From positions 202,246,001 to 202,310,000 of the forward strand of contig NC_086100.1 of assembly GCF_963921235.1 (NCBI RefSeq): a stretch of 64,000 nucleotides of DNA, read 5' to 3'. Of this stretch, positions 12,886-25,579 are shown one piece after another. A program made the position numbers and the translations under genes. Origin of the DNA: Mobula hypostoma. Lineage: Eukaryota. The stretch's first letter is position 1; each line of letters starts with the position of its first letter. The notes below the pieces were generated by a model, which saw only the letters and a list, made by a program, of their open reading frames with translations, had not been told where the DNA came from and did not search any database.

Positions 12886-13028
12886 CCTGTGGCAGCCGCC
12901 ATGATGCAGCCTCCCTGCTCAGCTGAGGCCTGCTTGCAGCAGCCAACGCCATCGTGGGCCAGTCCCAGGTTGTGGCCAATCTCATGGGCCATAGTGGCAG
13001 CCGCCCCAATGGCCGGTTCCGAGTGATC
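12886..13028 (-). CDS. ADAM33: ADAM33-like exon 11 (zinc-binding site and Met-turn)
   Basis: cctcag|...|gtgagg, 143 nt; [47 protein letters not shown](G); intact HExxHxxGxxHD and CIM. Confidence 0.97.
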
Positions 13029-13669
13029 CTGAGGATGAGGGACCCATCAGTTTTAAACACAGAACAGACACTACACAGCCACCCCATCCAACCTACTCCC
13101 CTCTGCAGACACTCCCCCACCCCCGACACCAACGCCTCCCACTCTCCCTCCTCCTCCCCCAGCCCGGTGCCTCCCTTCACAACACGATGTGGAGGAGGAT
13201 TGGGGAGACATGTGCTGATGGGGGGTCCACAGGGTTGGGTGGGGTGAAGGGTCTGTGGAGGGAGGGAGGGGGAATGCAACCTCATGAAGGTTCCAAGCCC
13301 GAAATGGTGACCGTCTCCCAAATACACAAACTCCCCATTTTGGTCATACCACCTTCAGTCAGCTGCTCTGGCGAATGTCATACTATGCATACCATTCAGT
13401 CCCTCCGCTCTCTGCTGGCCAGAACCGCTGGTCCGTCCCTGCTGCAGTCAGGAGGCCAAGAGGCAAGGTGGAGAGGTGGATGGTGGCAAAGACGGCGTGG
13501 ACTGTACCCCGTCAGTTTGTGTGGGTGTGAGGGATCAGAGCTTGGGGCAGGGCGATGGTATGGGAGCGGGTGTGCCTCAGGAGTGGCCATGCTGGGGGAG
13601 GGGGGGCTGGTGGGGTTTGTTGGGGCCCAGCTTCTGTACCAGAGGGGAGGGAGAGAGGAGACAGGCACA

Positions 13670-16600
13670 GAGAGATACAGAAGTACAGCACAGAAACAGG
13701 CTCTTTGGCTAATCTAGTCCATACCAAATTATTTAAACTGTCTACTCCCATCAGCCTGCACCAGGACCACAGCCATCCATATTTCTAATATCGACACACC
13801 TATCCAATGTCCTCTCAAACATTGAAATCGAACTCGCATGCACTACCTGTGCCGGCAGCTCGTTCCACACTCTCATGCCCCTCTGAGTGAAGAAGTTTCC
13901 CCTCATGTTCCCCTTAAACTTCTCACCTTTCACCCTTAACCCAGACATCGGGTTGTAGTCTCACCAAAGCTCAAGGAAAAAGGCCTGCTTGCATTTACCC
14001 TGTCTGTACCCCTCATAATTTTGTATACCTCCATCAAATCTCCTCTCAATCTTCTTCGTTCTGAGCAATGAAGTGCTTATAACTCAGGTCTTTCAGACCC
14101 AGCAACACCCCTGTGAGTGTTTCTCTGTACTCTTTCAACCTTGTTTACATCTTTCCCGTAGGTAGGTGACCAAAACTGCACACAATTCTCCAAATTAGGC
14201 CTCCCCAATGTCTTACACAACTTCATTCCATCCCTTCTCCTGTACTCAATACTTTGATTTATGAAGGCCAATGTGCCAAAAGCTTTCTTTACGACTGTAC
14301 CTACCTGTGACACCACTTTCTACGAACTTTGGATCTGTATTCCCAGATCCCTTTACTCTACAGCACCCCTCAGTGCCCTACCGTTCACTGTGTAAGCCCT
14401 ACTCTGGCTGGTCCTACCAAAATGCAACACCATAAGACCACAAGATATAGGAGAAGAATCAGGCCATTTGGCCCATCAAGTCTGTGTCACTGTTTCATCA
14501 TGTCTGATCCATTTTTCCTCTCAGCTCCCGTCTCCTGCCACCCCCCACCATCCCCTTTATCCCTTCATATCGAGACTAACCAAGAATTGATTAACCTCTG
14601 CCTTAAATATGCATAAAGGCTTAGCCTCCTGCAGCTGCCAGTGGCAATGGTTTCCACAGATTCACCACTCTCTGGCTAAAGAAATTCCTCCTCATTTCCC
14701 TTCCAAAAGGACACCCCTCTTTTCTGAGGCTGTGTTCTCTGGTCTTACACTCTCCCACCACAGGAATCATCTTCTCCGCATCCACTCTATCGAGGCCTTT
14801 CACCATTCGATAGGTTTCAATGAGGTCACCCCTCATTCTTCTGAATTCCAGTGAATGCAGGCCCAGAGCCATCAAACTCTCTTCATACAACAAGACGTTC
14901 AATCCCAAAATCATTTTTGTGGACCTCCTTTGAACCCTCTCTGGTTTCAACACATCCTTTCTAAGAAAAGGGGCCCAAAACTGCTTGCAATACTCCAAGT
15001 GAGGCCTCTCTAGTGCTTTATAAAGTCTCAACATTACATCCTTGCTTTTATTTTCTAGTCCTCTTGAAATGAATGCTAAATTCACACTTGCCTTCCTCAC
15101 CACAAACTCAACCTTCAAATCAACATTTAAGGGATCCTGCATAACGACTCAAATCCCTTTGTGCCTCAATCTTTTTTTTTTCTCTCCACTTAGAAAATAG
15201 TCAACCCTTTCATTTCTTGTACCAAAGTGCATGACCATACACTTCCTGACACTGTATTCCATCTGCCAGTTCTTCACCCACTCTCCTCATCCAAGTCCTC
15301 CTGTAGCCTCTCTACTCCCTCAAAGTCACCACCAATCTTCATATTGTCTGCAATCTTTGTAACAAAGCCATTAATTCCATCACCCAAATCTTTGACATAT
15401 AACATAAAAAGAATTGGTCCCCACAAAGACTCCTGTGGAACATCACTTATCACTGGCAGCCAGCTGGAAAAGTCTCTCTTTATTCCAAATTTTTGCCTCC
15501 TGCCAATCAGTCACTGCTTTATCCATGATTGCACTTGTCTGCATTAAATTCCATCTGCCATTTTTCCAGCTGGTCCAGATCCCACTGCCAGGCTCTGACA
15601 GTCTCCCTCTCTGTATACTACACCCCCAGTCTGGGTGTCATCCATAAATTTGTGATCCAGTTAACCACATTATCATCCAGGTTATCGATATAGATGACAA
15701 ACAACAATGAACCCCGCACGCCACTGTCATTCCACCGGTCAGAGAGGCAACCATCTGCTACCACTCTCTGGCCTCCCACAAAGCCAATGTCTAATCCAAT
15801 TTACTACTCTGTAAGATTGGTTATACATGACCTTCCACACATGAAGCCATGGTGGCTATCCTTAATCAGTCTACGTCTATCCAAATACTGATATATCAGG
15901 TCCATTAGAATATCTACCAATAATTTTTCCACTAAAGATGTAAGGCTCACTGGCCTATAATTGCTTGGTTTATTTGAAGAACTTTTTTTAAACAGTGCAA
16001 GAACATTGGCCATCCTCCAATCCTCTGCAATTTCTGCACTTGCCTCCCCTAGGGTCTGAGGCAACACCTTGTCAGGCTCTGGGGGTTTATCCACCCTGAT
16101 TTGCCTCAAGGTAGCAAACCCCTCCTCCTCTGTAATCTGTATCGGCTTCGTGAAATTGAAGCCATCTTGCCTCATTTCTATGGACTGTGTCTGTCTCCTG
16201 AGTAAATAAAGATGCAAAGAATTCATTTAAGAACTTCCCCATCTCTTTTGGTCCACGCATGGATTACCATTCTGATCTTCCAGAGGATCCGTTTTGTCCC
16301 TTACAATCTTTTTGCTCTTAATATATCTGTAGAATTCCTTAGGATTCTCTTTCACCTTGCTGCCAGGGCAACTTCATGCCTTCTTTTAGCCCTCCTGATT
16401 TATTTCTCCAATGTTCTCCAGGATTTCTTGTACTCCATAAGCACCCCATTTGTTCCTACCTGCCTATACCTGCTGGGCACTTCCTTTTCTCTCTTAACCA
16501 GCGTCTCAGGATCTCTTGAAAACCAAGGTTCTCTGTACCTCTTATCTTAATCTTGTAGTCTGACAGGCACATACAAGCTCTGCACTCTCAAATTTTCACT

Positions 16601-19600
16601 TTAGAACGTCTCCCACTTACCAAGTACAACTTTGCCAGCAAACAGCCTGTCCCAATCCATAAGACCATAAGATATAGGAACAGAAGTGGGCCATTCGGCC
16701 CATCAAATCTGCTCCGCCATTCATTCATGGGCTGATCCAGTCATCCCCACTCCCCTGCTTTCTCCCCATACCCTTTGATGCCCTGGCTAATCAAGAACCT
16801 ATCTCTCTCTGCCTTAAATGCACCCAATGACTTGGCCTCCACAGCTGCTCGTGGCAACAATTTCCACAGATTTACCAGCCTCTAACTAAAGTAATTTCTC
16901 TGCATCTCAGTTGTAAAAGAACATCCTTCAATCCTAAAGTCAGGCCCTCTTGTCCTGGACTCCCCTATCATGGGAAACAACTTTGTCATATCTAATCTGT
17001 TCAGGCCTTTTAACATTTGGAATGTTTCTCTGAGATCTCCCCTCATTCTCCTGAACTACAGGGAATACAGCCCAAGAGCTGCCATACGTTCTTCAAACAG
17101 TAACCCTTTCATTCCTGGAATCATTCTCATGAATCTTCTCTGAACCCTCTCCAATGTCAGTATATCCTTTCTAAAATAAGGAGCCCAAAACCGCACACGA
17201 TACTCCAAGTGTGGTCTCATGAGTGCTTTATAGAGCCTCAACGTCACATCCCGGCTCTTATATTCTATACCTCTAGAAATGAGTGCCAACATTGCATTTG
17301 CCTTCTTCATAACTAATTCAACCTGGAGGTTAACCTTTAGGGTATCCTGCACAAGGACTCCCAAGTACCTTTGCATCTCTGCATTTTGAATTCTCTGTCC
17401 ATCTAAATAATAGTCTGCCTGTTTATTTCTTCCACCAAAGTGCATGACCATACACTTTCCAACATTGTGTTTCATTTGCCACTTCTTTGCCCATTTCCCT
17501 AAACTATCCAAGTCTCTCTGCAGGCTCTCTGTTTCCCCAACACTACCCGCTCCTCCACCTATCTTTATATCATCGGCAAATTTAGCCTCAAATCCATTAA
17601 TCCGATATTCCAAATTATTAACATACATCGTAAAAAGCAGTGGTCCCAACACCGACCCCTGTGGAACTCCACTGGTAACCAGCAGCTAGAGAGAATAGGA
17701 TCCCTTTATTCCCACTCTCTGATTTCTGCCAATCAGCCAATGCTCCACCCATGCTAGTAACTTCCCTGTAATTCCATGGGCTCTTATCTTGCTAAGCAGC
17801 CTCATGTGTGGCACCTTGTCAAAGGCCTTCTGAAAATCCAAGTACACCACATCCACTGCATCTCCTTTGTCTACCCTGCTTGTAATTTCCTCAAAGAATT
17901 GCAGTAGGTTAGTCAGGCAGGGTTTTCCTTTCAGGAAACCATGCTGGCTTTGGCCTATCTTGTCATACGCCTCCAGGTACTCCATAATCTCATCCCTAAC
18001 AATCGATTCCAACAACTTTCAGACACTGATGTCAGGCTAACAGGTCTATAGTTTCCTTTCTGCTGCCTCCCACCCTTCTTAAATAGCGGAATGACATTTG
18101 CAATTTTCCAGTCATTTGGTACATAGAAACATAGAAAACCTACAGCACAATACAGGCCCTTCGGCCCACAAAGCTGTGCCGAACATGTCCCTACCTTAGA
18201 ACTACCATAGCCCTCTATTTTTCGAAGCTCCATGTATCCATCCAGGAGTCTCTTAAGAGACCCTACCATTTCCGTCTCTACCGCTGCCGGCAGCCCATTC
18301 CATGCACTCACTGCTCTCTGTCTAAAAAACTTACCCCTGTACCTACTTTCAAGCACCTTAAACCTGTGCCCTCTTGTGTTAGCCATTTCAGCCCTGGTAA
18401 AAAGCCTCTGACTATCCACACGATCAATGCCTCTCATCATCTTATACACCTCTATCAGGTCACCTCTCATCCTCCGTCGCTCCAAGGAGAAAAGGCCGAG
18501 TTCACTCAACCCATTCTCATAAGGCATATTCCCCAATCCAGGCAACATCCTTGCAAATCTCCTCTGCATGCTTTCTATGCGACCAGAACTGAGCACAGTA
18601 CCATGCCAGAATTTATCGATTCTTGAAAGATCATTGCTAATGCCTCCGCAATCTCTCCAGCTACTTCCTTCAGAACCCAAGGGTGCATTCCATCAGGTCC
18701 AGGAGATTTATCCACCCTCAGACCATTAAGCTTCCTGAGCACCTTCTCAGTTGTAATTTTCACTGCATATACTTCACTTCCCGGACACTCCTGAATGTCC
18801 GGTATACTGCAGACATCTTCCACTGTGAAGAGTGATGCAGAATACGCATTCAGTTCCTCTGCCATCTCTGCATCTCTCATTACAATATCTCCTACGTTAT
18901 TTTCTATTAGTCCTATATATACCTTCAACTCTCTTTTACCCTTTATATACTTAAAAAAGCTTTGTATCTTTGATATTAGTCACCAGCTTCCTATCATAAT
19001 TCGTCTTTTCCTTTCTAATGACCTTCTTAGTTTCCTACTGCAAGTTTTTAAAAGCTTCCCAATCCTGTATCTTCCCATTAGGTTTGGCTTCCTTGTATGC
19101 CCTCTCTTTTGCTTTTACTTTGGCTCTGACTTCACGGTTGTGTCCTTCTTCCCTTTGAAAATTTCTTCTTATCTGGAATATATCAGTCTTGCACTTTCCT
19201 CATTTTTCACAGAAACTCCAGCCATTGCTGCTCTGCTGTCCTTCCTGCTCGTGTCTCTTTCCCGTCAACTTTGCCATTGTAATTTCCTTTAATCTAGGGG
19301 TCCCCAACCTTTTTTGCACTGCGGACCGTCCAACCGGGGGGGCGGGTGTTCAAGTAGGGTTAAACTCACCTCAACAGGTCTTTTACAGTTAGGGTTGCCA
19401 ACTTTCTCACTCCCAAATATGGGACAAAAGTAGCAGTCAAATCCCGGGACACTTTACCCCAGGAAAGACTACCATGACCCATGAAGCCTTGCGCAGGCAC
19501 CTGTGTGCGCGTGCGTGATGTGCGAATTGTGCGCATGCCCGTATGTGCCGATTTTCCCCCCCCCCGCCAAATCGGTTTTGCCTTCATCTAATGTTATTTT

Positions 19601-20345
19601 AGGTTTTATGTGTTATTTTGGTAGGTTATTTTTTGGGTCTGGGAACGCTCAAAAATTTTTCCCATATAAACTAATGGTAATTGCTTCTTCGCTTTATGCC
19701 ATTTTGGAACCAGAGGTTTCATAGGAATGCTCTACCTTAGCGGGGGAAATACGGGACAAACCAACTTAGCCCAATATACGGGGTGCCCTGGCAAATACGG
19801 GACATTTGGCAACCCTATGTTCAAGTTCAACAGAGGGCGTGACAGGGAATGAGGAAAGGTGCAGCTGACTCGTATCATTTCCTCACGGCCCGGTAGCACA
19901 TGCTTTGCGGCCCGGTGGTTGGGGACCACTGCTTTATTCCACTGACAAACTGACATATTGGAATTTAGTTTCTCCTCCTCAAATTTCAAAGTGAACTCGA
20001 TCATATTGTGATCAGTGTTCCCGAAGGGAAAGTGATCATAATCCACAATTTCCTCATCCACACTTGCCAGATCATTTCAGATACCATCGAAATCGCCCTT
20101 TCTCCAATTTAGAAACTCAATCTGCAGACCAGACCAATCTTTTTCCATATTGTGGTCATTGGATGCAAAATGCTCCCCTACACAATCTCTGGCACCTGTG
20201 CATCTCGTTCCCTAAAAGCAGACCGAGCATTGCACACTCTCCTTGGGACTTCTACATATTGACAAGGAAACTTTCTTGAACACATTTGACAAACACTATC
20301 CCACCTAGTCCTTTTAAAGTGGAGGACTCCCAGTCAATATGTCAA
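13670..20345 (-). mobile_element. Cluster of nested CR1 LINE ORF2 fragments (at least 4 insertions)
   Basis: Repeated RT peptides; new tails at about 14432 (cataagac), 16658 (cataagac) and 18121 (catagaaa) mark nested 3' ends. Confidence 0.9.
19295..19931. mobile_element. hAT-type non-autonomous element with 8-bp TSD, containing a second hAT-type element
   Basis: TIRs TAGGGGTCCCCAACC / GGTTGGGGACCACTG; TSD CTTTAATC/CTTTATTC. Inner element 19355-19817 TAGGGTT...AACCCTA with perfect TSD TGTTCAAG. Confidence 0.85.
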
Positions 20346-20379
20346 AAGTTATAGATAGATAACTATAGAGAGAAAGATA

Positions 20380-21714
20380 CAGTGCACTCCGCTCCCCTAG
20401 AAGTTTTCATGTTTTATTGTTTTACAACTTTGAATTACAGTGGGTTGAATTTAGCTTTTTTGACACTGATCAACAAAAAACTCTTGTGTCAAATTGAAAA
20501 CAAATTTCTAAAAATTGGTCTAAATTTATCCCAATTAATAAACACAAAATAACTTACTGTATAATTACTCACCCCTTCAAGTCAGTGTTTAGTAGATGCA
20601 CCTTTGACAGAAATTACAGCCTAGAGTCTGTGTGGATAGGTCTTTGCACATCTGGACACTGCAAATTTTCCCCATTCTCTTTAGAAAATTGCTTAAACTC
20701 TGTCAGATTGCATGGGGATTAAGTGAACAGCCCTTTTCAAGTTCAGCCACAAATTCTCAATTGAATTAACTTCTGGACTCTGACTTGGCCACTCCAGGAC
20801 TACTTTGTTTTTAAACCATTCCTCTGTAGCTTTAGGGATGGTATGTTTCTGATGATGTGCGGTGCTTGGCTTCATCAAACATAGTGTTTCGTCTGATGGC
20901 CAAAAAGCTCAATTTTGGTTTCAGCTGACTTCAGAGTCTCCCACATGCCTTCTGGCCAACTCTAGTCAAGATTTCATGTGAGTTTTTTTTTCAACAGTGG
21001 CTTTCTCTTTGCCACTCTCCCATAAAGCTGCGATTGGTGAAGCACCCGGGCAACAGTTGTGGTATGTGCAGTCTCTCCCATCTCAGCCACTGAAGCTTGT
21101 AACTCCTCCAGAGTTGTCATAGGTCTCTTGGTGGCCTCCCTCACTCGTCCCACTCTTGCACGGTCGCTCAGCTTTTGAGGACGGCCTGCTCCTGGCAGAT
21201 TTACAGCTGTGCCATACTCTTTCCATTTCTTGATGATTGACTTAACTGTCCAAGGGACATTCTTGTATCCATCTCCTGACTTGTGCTTTTCAATTAGCTT
21301 TTCATGGAGTTGCTTGGACTGTTCTTTTGCCTTCATGGTGTAGTTTTTGCCAGGATACTGACTCACCAGCAGCTGGGCCTTCCAGATACGGGTGTATTTT
21401 TACTACATTAAATTGAAACACCTTGACTGCACACAGTGATCTCCATTTACCTAATTATGTGCCTTCTGAAACCAATTGGCTGCATCAGTGACGATTTGGT
21501 GTGTCATATTAAAGGGGGTGAATACTTATGCAATCAACTATTTTGTGTTTTATATCTGTAATTAATTTAGATCACTTTGTAGATCTGTTTACACTTTGAC
21601 ATGAGTCTTTTTCTGTTGTCAAAAAAGCCCCAGTAAATGCACTGTGATTCAATGTTATAAAACAGTAAGACATGGAAACTTCCAAGGTGGGGTGTATACT
21701 TTTTATAGGCACTG
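20380..21714 (-). mobile_element. Tc1-family DNA transposon, internally deleted
   Basis: TA|CAGTGC...GCACTG|TA ends with long (about 200 bp) inverted repeats; transposase pieces TVKSIIKKWK..GRPQKLS..GRVAKRKPLL and [15 protein letters not shown]. Confidence 0.92.
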
Positions 21715-21854
21715 TATTTAGATAGGTAGGTAGATAGATAGAAAGAGAGACCCCATCCACCCTGCCCCCCCCCACTCACTCTTTCCAGTCCTCATGCTCC
21801 CTCGTTCCCCACCACCAGTCAATGCACAGCCTTGCAGGAAGATTGCAGGCTCAC

Positions 21855-21939
21855 CATGCTGACGCCTCCCGAGGTATCCAGCGAGCACATCCCCTCCAGT
21901 GGCGCCATCCCGATGGTCGTTCCCCGGAACGTCACACCT
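21855..21939 (-). CDS. ADAM33: ADAM33-like exon 10 (metalloprotease)
   Basis: ctgcag|...|gtgagc, 85 nt; GVTFRGTTIGMAPLEGMCSLDTSGGVSM. Confidence 0.96.
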
Positions 21940-21979
21940 CTGCAGCAGGGAAGAGGGTAAAAAGAGCTCAGCTCACAAA

Positions 21980-22280
21980 GACACACACACACAGACAGAC
22001 AGACACACATACATAAACATACACACTCACATTCACATACACATGGGAACACACACACATTCACACACACTCATGCACACAAACTCACACAAACATACAC
22101 ACTCACACAGACTCACACAAACCTACATATACACACACTAACACATTCACACTCCGTGAGACACACAGAAGCACACACACACACACACACCCATACACCC
22201 AGACATATACAAAACACTCAGAGACACATGCACTCTCTCACACACATCCTCATACACAAACACACACTGACACACACATG

Positions 22281-22311
<31 letters not shown>

Positions 22312-23205
22312 TCACACACACAGATACACACAGATACTCACATACACACATACATAGCCACATTCACCAAACATGCACAAACACACTCACAAAAAACACA
22401 CACACAATCACACACACAGACACTCAAACAAGTACACACACAGACAAATGCACACACACTCATAGACACACATACACAATCAAAGTCATACACGTGCACA
22501 GACACACATACACAGGCTCACACATTCATATAAACACACACTGAAACCCACACACAAACACACAGGCACACATAGACACACACACTCACAAAACACACAC
22601 AGACTCACACACACTGGCACACAAACTCACACAATGACTACACACATAATCACACAAATGCACACACAATCACACACACACACACACTCACAAAACAAAC
22701 ACATACCAGAAACACACACACACACACACACACTCATACACGCACACAGTCACACACAAACATACTCACACACATACACAGATGCACACACTATCACACA
22801 AGCACACACACTCTCATAAACCAACTCACATACACTATCATGCAAACACACATACACACACTCACAAACTTGCACAAAGATTCACACTCACACAGATACA
22901 CCGATACATGCACACTCACACAAACACCCAGACACTCATACATACAAACTCACACAGATTCACACATTCATACATACACACACACACAAATACACATACA
23001 AATTCACACAAACATACATATGCACACACACTAACACACTCACACTCAGAGAGAGACACACAGAAACACACACACACACAGATAGACACAAAACCCTCAG
23101 AGACATGTACACTCTCTCACATGTACCCTCACACACACACACACACAATCACACACTCACACACACAGATACAGACACACACACTCACAGACACACACAT
23201 TCACA

Positions 23206-23241
<36 letters not shown>

Positions 23242-23960
23242 GACACACATACACAGGCTCACACATTCACACAAATACCTACACACACTCACACAATCAC
23301 ACATAGAGACACACTCACACAAACACACAGACTCACACACACCCACTCACACACACAATCATACAAACACACACACTAACACACAAACAGGCACACACAC
23401 TTACACAAGCACGCACACACACAAACGCACACACACTCACACATACATACTCACACAAAAACACTCACAGACAGATAATCACAGACACGCACAGAGACAC
23501 ACAGACATACAGAGACGTATGGACACACTCAGAGAGACACACACTCACATCAACACAAACATACACACCCATAGATATACACAAACAGAGAGAGAGAGAG
23601 ACTCACACAAACACACAGGCCATCACAGGGGAATGGGTTTCCCTCGCACTCATATACACACACACATCACACAAACACACATAGACATATAATAACTCAC
23701 AGAAGCACCCACACACACACTTACATAAACACACACTCATACAAGCACGAACTCACACACTCACATAAACACACATATACTTACTCACAAACGCACCCAC
23801 ACAAACACAGACACTCACATAAACACATGCACACAGACACATACAGATACACAGACATACTCAGAGAGACACACACACAGACTCACACAAACATAAGCAC
23901 ACACCCACAGATACACAAAAACACAGACACATACATATACACACACACACGCACACACGG
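21980..23960. repeat. Degenerate (CA)n-rich low-complexity tract, about 2 kb
   Basis: Near-continuous cacaca variants filling intron 9. Confidence 0.95.
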
Positions 23961-24036
23961 GTAGATATGCAGAGAAAGCCCATAGCCCCTCCTACACACA
24001 CTCCTGCAGAAATCTCCCCCCCCCCCCACCACTTAC

Positions 24037-24203
24037 GTGATGAGCTGGGCGTTGTCGTGTTGCATCCGCGCCCAAAGCTGCCGTCTCCACTTCAGGAAGG
24101 CGGAGAGCACCGCGTTGGGGTCTGTGCTGACGGCGATCTGGTCCCTGTGGGTCCACACTTCCAGCCCGATCAGTGCGATCCGAATATTCAGACTTCTGTA
24201 AAA
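24037..24203 (-). CDS. ADAM33: ADAM33-like exon 9 (metalloprotease)
   Basis: cggcag|...|gtaagt, 167 nt; FYRSLNIRIALIGLEVWTHRDQIAVSTDPNAVLSAFLKWRRQLWARMQHDNAQLI(T); WRRxLW resembles ADAM33. Confidence 0.96.
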
Positions 24204-24414
24204 CTGCCGGGAAAGGCGGGACATGCAAAGTTCAAAATTCAAAGTTAGTTTATTATCAAAGTACGTATATATCACCATGTACAATCCTGAGATTCAGTGA
24301 CATTCACACACTGTGGAACTGACTGAGGAAACTGCCCTGTGAAGGCCGCTCAGCCTGTCTAGCTGACACTATCCCTCCATGCACACCGTAACTCCCACCC
24401 ATGGTCACGTGCTA

Positions 24415-24810
24415 TAACGAGAGTTTGGACAAACTTGGGTGATTTCCCCAGGAGCGTTGGAGGCTGATAGAGGGTGAAAAATTATGATAGAGTAGACAGA
24501 CAGTAACTTTTCCCCAGGGTTGAAATGTTGAATACCAGACCGTGCGATTAAGGTGAGAAGGGGTAATTTCGAAGGAGATGCAAGGGGCAGATCGTGGTGC
24601 GTGCCTGGAATGTGCTTCTTGGGGTCATGGTAGACACGGATAAGATGAAGGTGTTCAAGGGGCTCTTAGACAGACATATGAATGAGAGGAAAATGGAAAG
24701 GGTGTAGACACAAGGGATTAGTTTGTTTGGGCCTCATGCCCAACTAAGTTATGAATTAGTTCAGCCAGACAATGTGGGCCAAAGGGCTGTTTCTGTTCGG
24801 TGCTCTGACA
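24415..24810 (+). mobile_element. Decayed CR1 3' fragment
   Basis: RT C-terminal remnants ending gggccaaagggctgtttctg. Confidence 0.7.
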
Positions 24811-24927
24811 ATAACATCAGCTTTCCCAGAAGCAGTGGAAGGTTCTGGAAACCACAAACTTTCACTACAGCATGTACGATAGTGGACCCTCTCTGGGCCA
24901 GGAAGTAGGGACAGAGGTAGCTCGTAC

Positions 24928-24999
24928 CTTATCCACATAATTTGCAATCTCCAGGATTCTGTCCTTGGTTTTCCCGAGGTCGCGGTTCTGGCTCTGGAA
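24928..24999 (-). CDS. ADAM33: ADAM33-like exon 8 (metalloprotease)
   Basis: ccccag|...|gtacga, 72 nt; FQSQNRDLGKTKDRILEIANYVDK. Confidence 0.95.
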
Positions 25000-25054
25000 C
25001 TGGGGTGGCAAGAAGTCAGACTGCAGCAAATGGGGCAGGACATGCACACCGTAA

Positions 25055-25575
25055 CTCCCACCCAGTAACCTAACTCACCCAGTATCCCCCCTCATTCAGT
25101 AACCCCCATCACCCGGTAACCCCCTCACCCAGTAACCCCCTCACCTCGTAACCTAACTCACCTAGTAACTAACCTCTCCCAGTTACACCCACTCAGTAAC
25201 CCCTCACCTCGTAACCTAACTCACCCAGTAACTACCTCTCTCTCAATAACAACACCTTCACCCAGTAACCCCCCATGCAGTAACCCCCCACCAAGTAACC
25301 ACCTCACACAGAAACTGTTCCTTACCCAGTGACCCCCTCACCCAGTGACCCCCCCTCACCCAGTGACCCCCTCACCCAGTGACCCCGTTACTCAGTGACC
25401 CCCCTCACCCAGTGACCCCCCTCACCCAGTGACCCCCTCACCCAGTTACCCCCCCTCACTCAGTGACCCCCCTCACCCAGTGACCCCCCCCTCACTCAGT
25501 GACCCCCCTCACCCAGTGACCCCCCTCACTCAGTGACCCCCCCTCACTCAGTGACCCCCCTCACCCAGTGACCAT
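25055..25575. repeat. 15-18 bp minisatellite (CTCACCCAGTRACCCCC)
   Basis: Tandem copies immediately upstream of the exon 8 acceptor. Confidence 0.9.
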
Positions 25576-25579
25576 CAAC

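Noticed and set aside
21822..23692. His/Thr-rich ORFs
   Set aside because: Translations of (CA)n low-complexity DNA.
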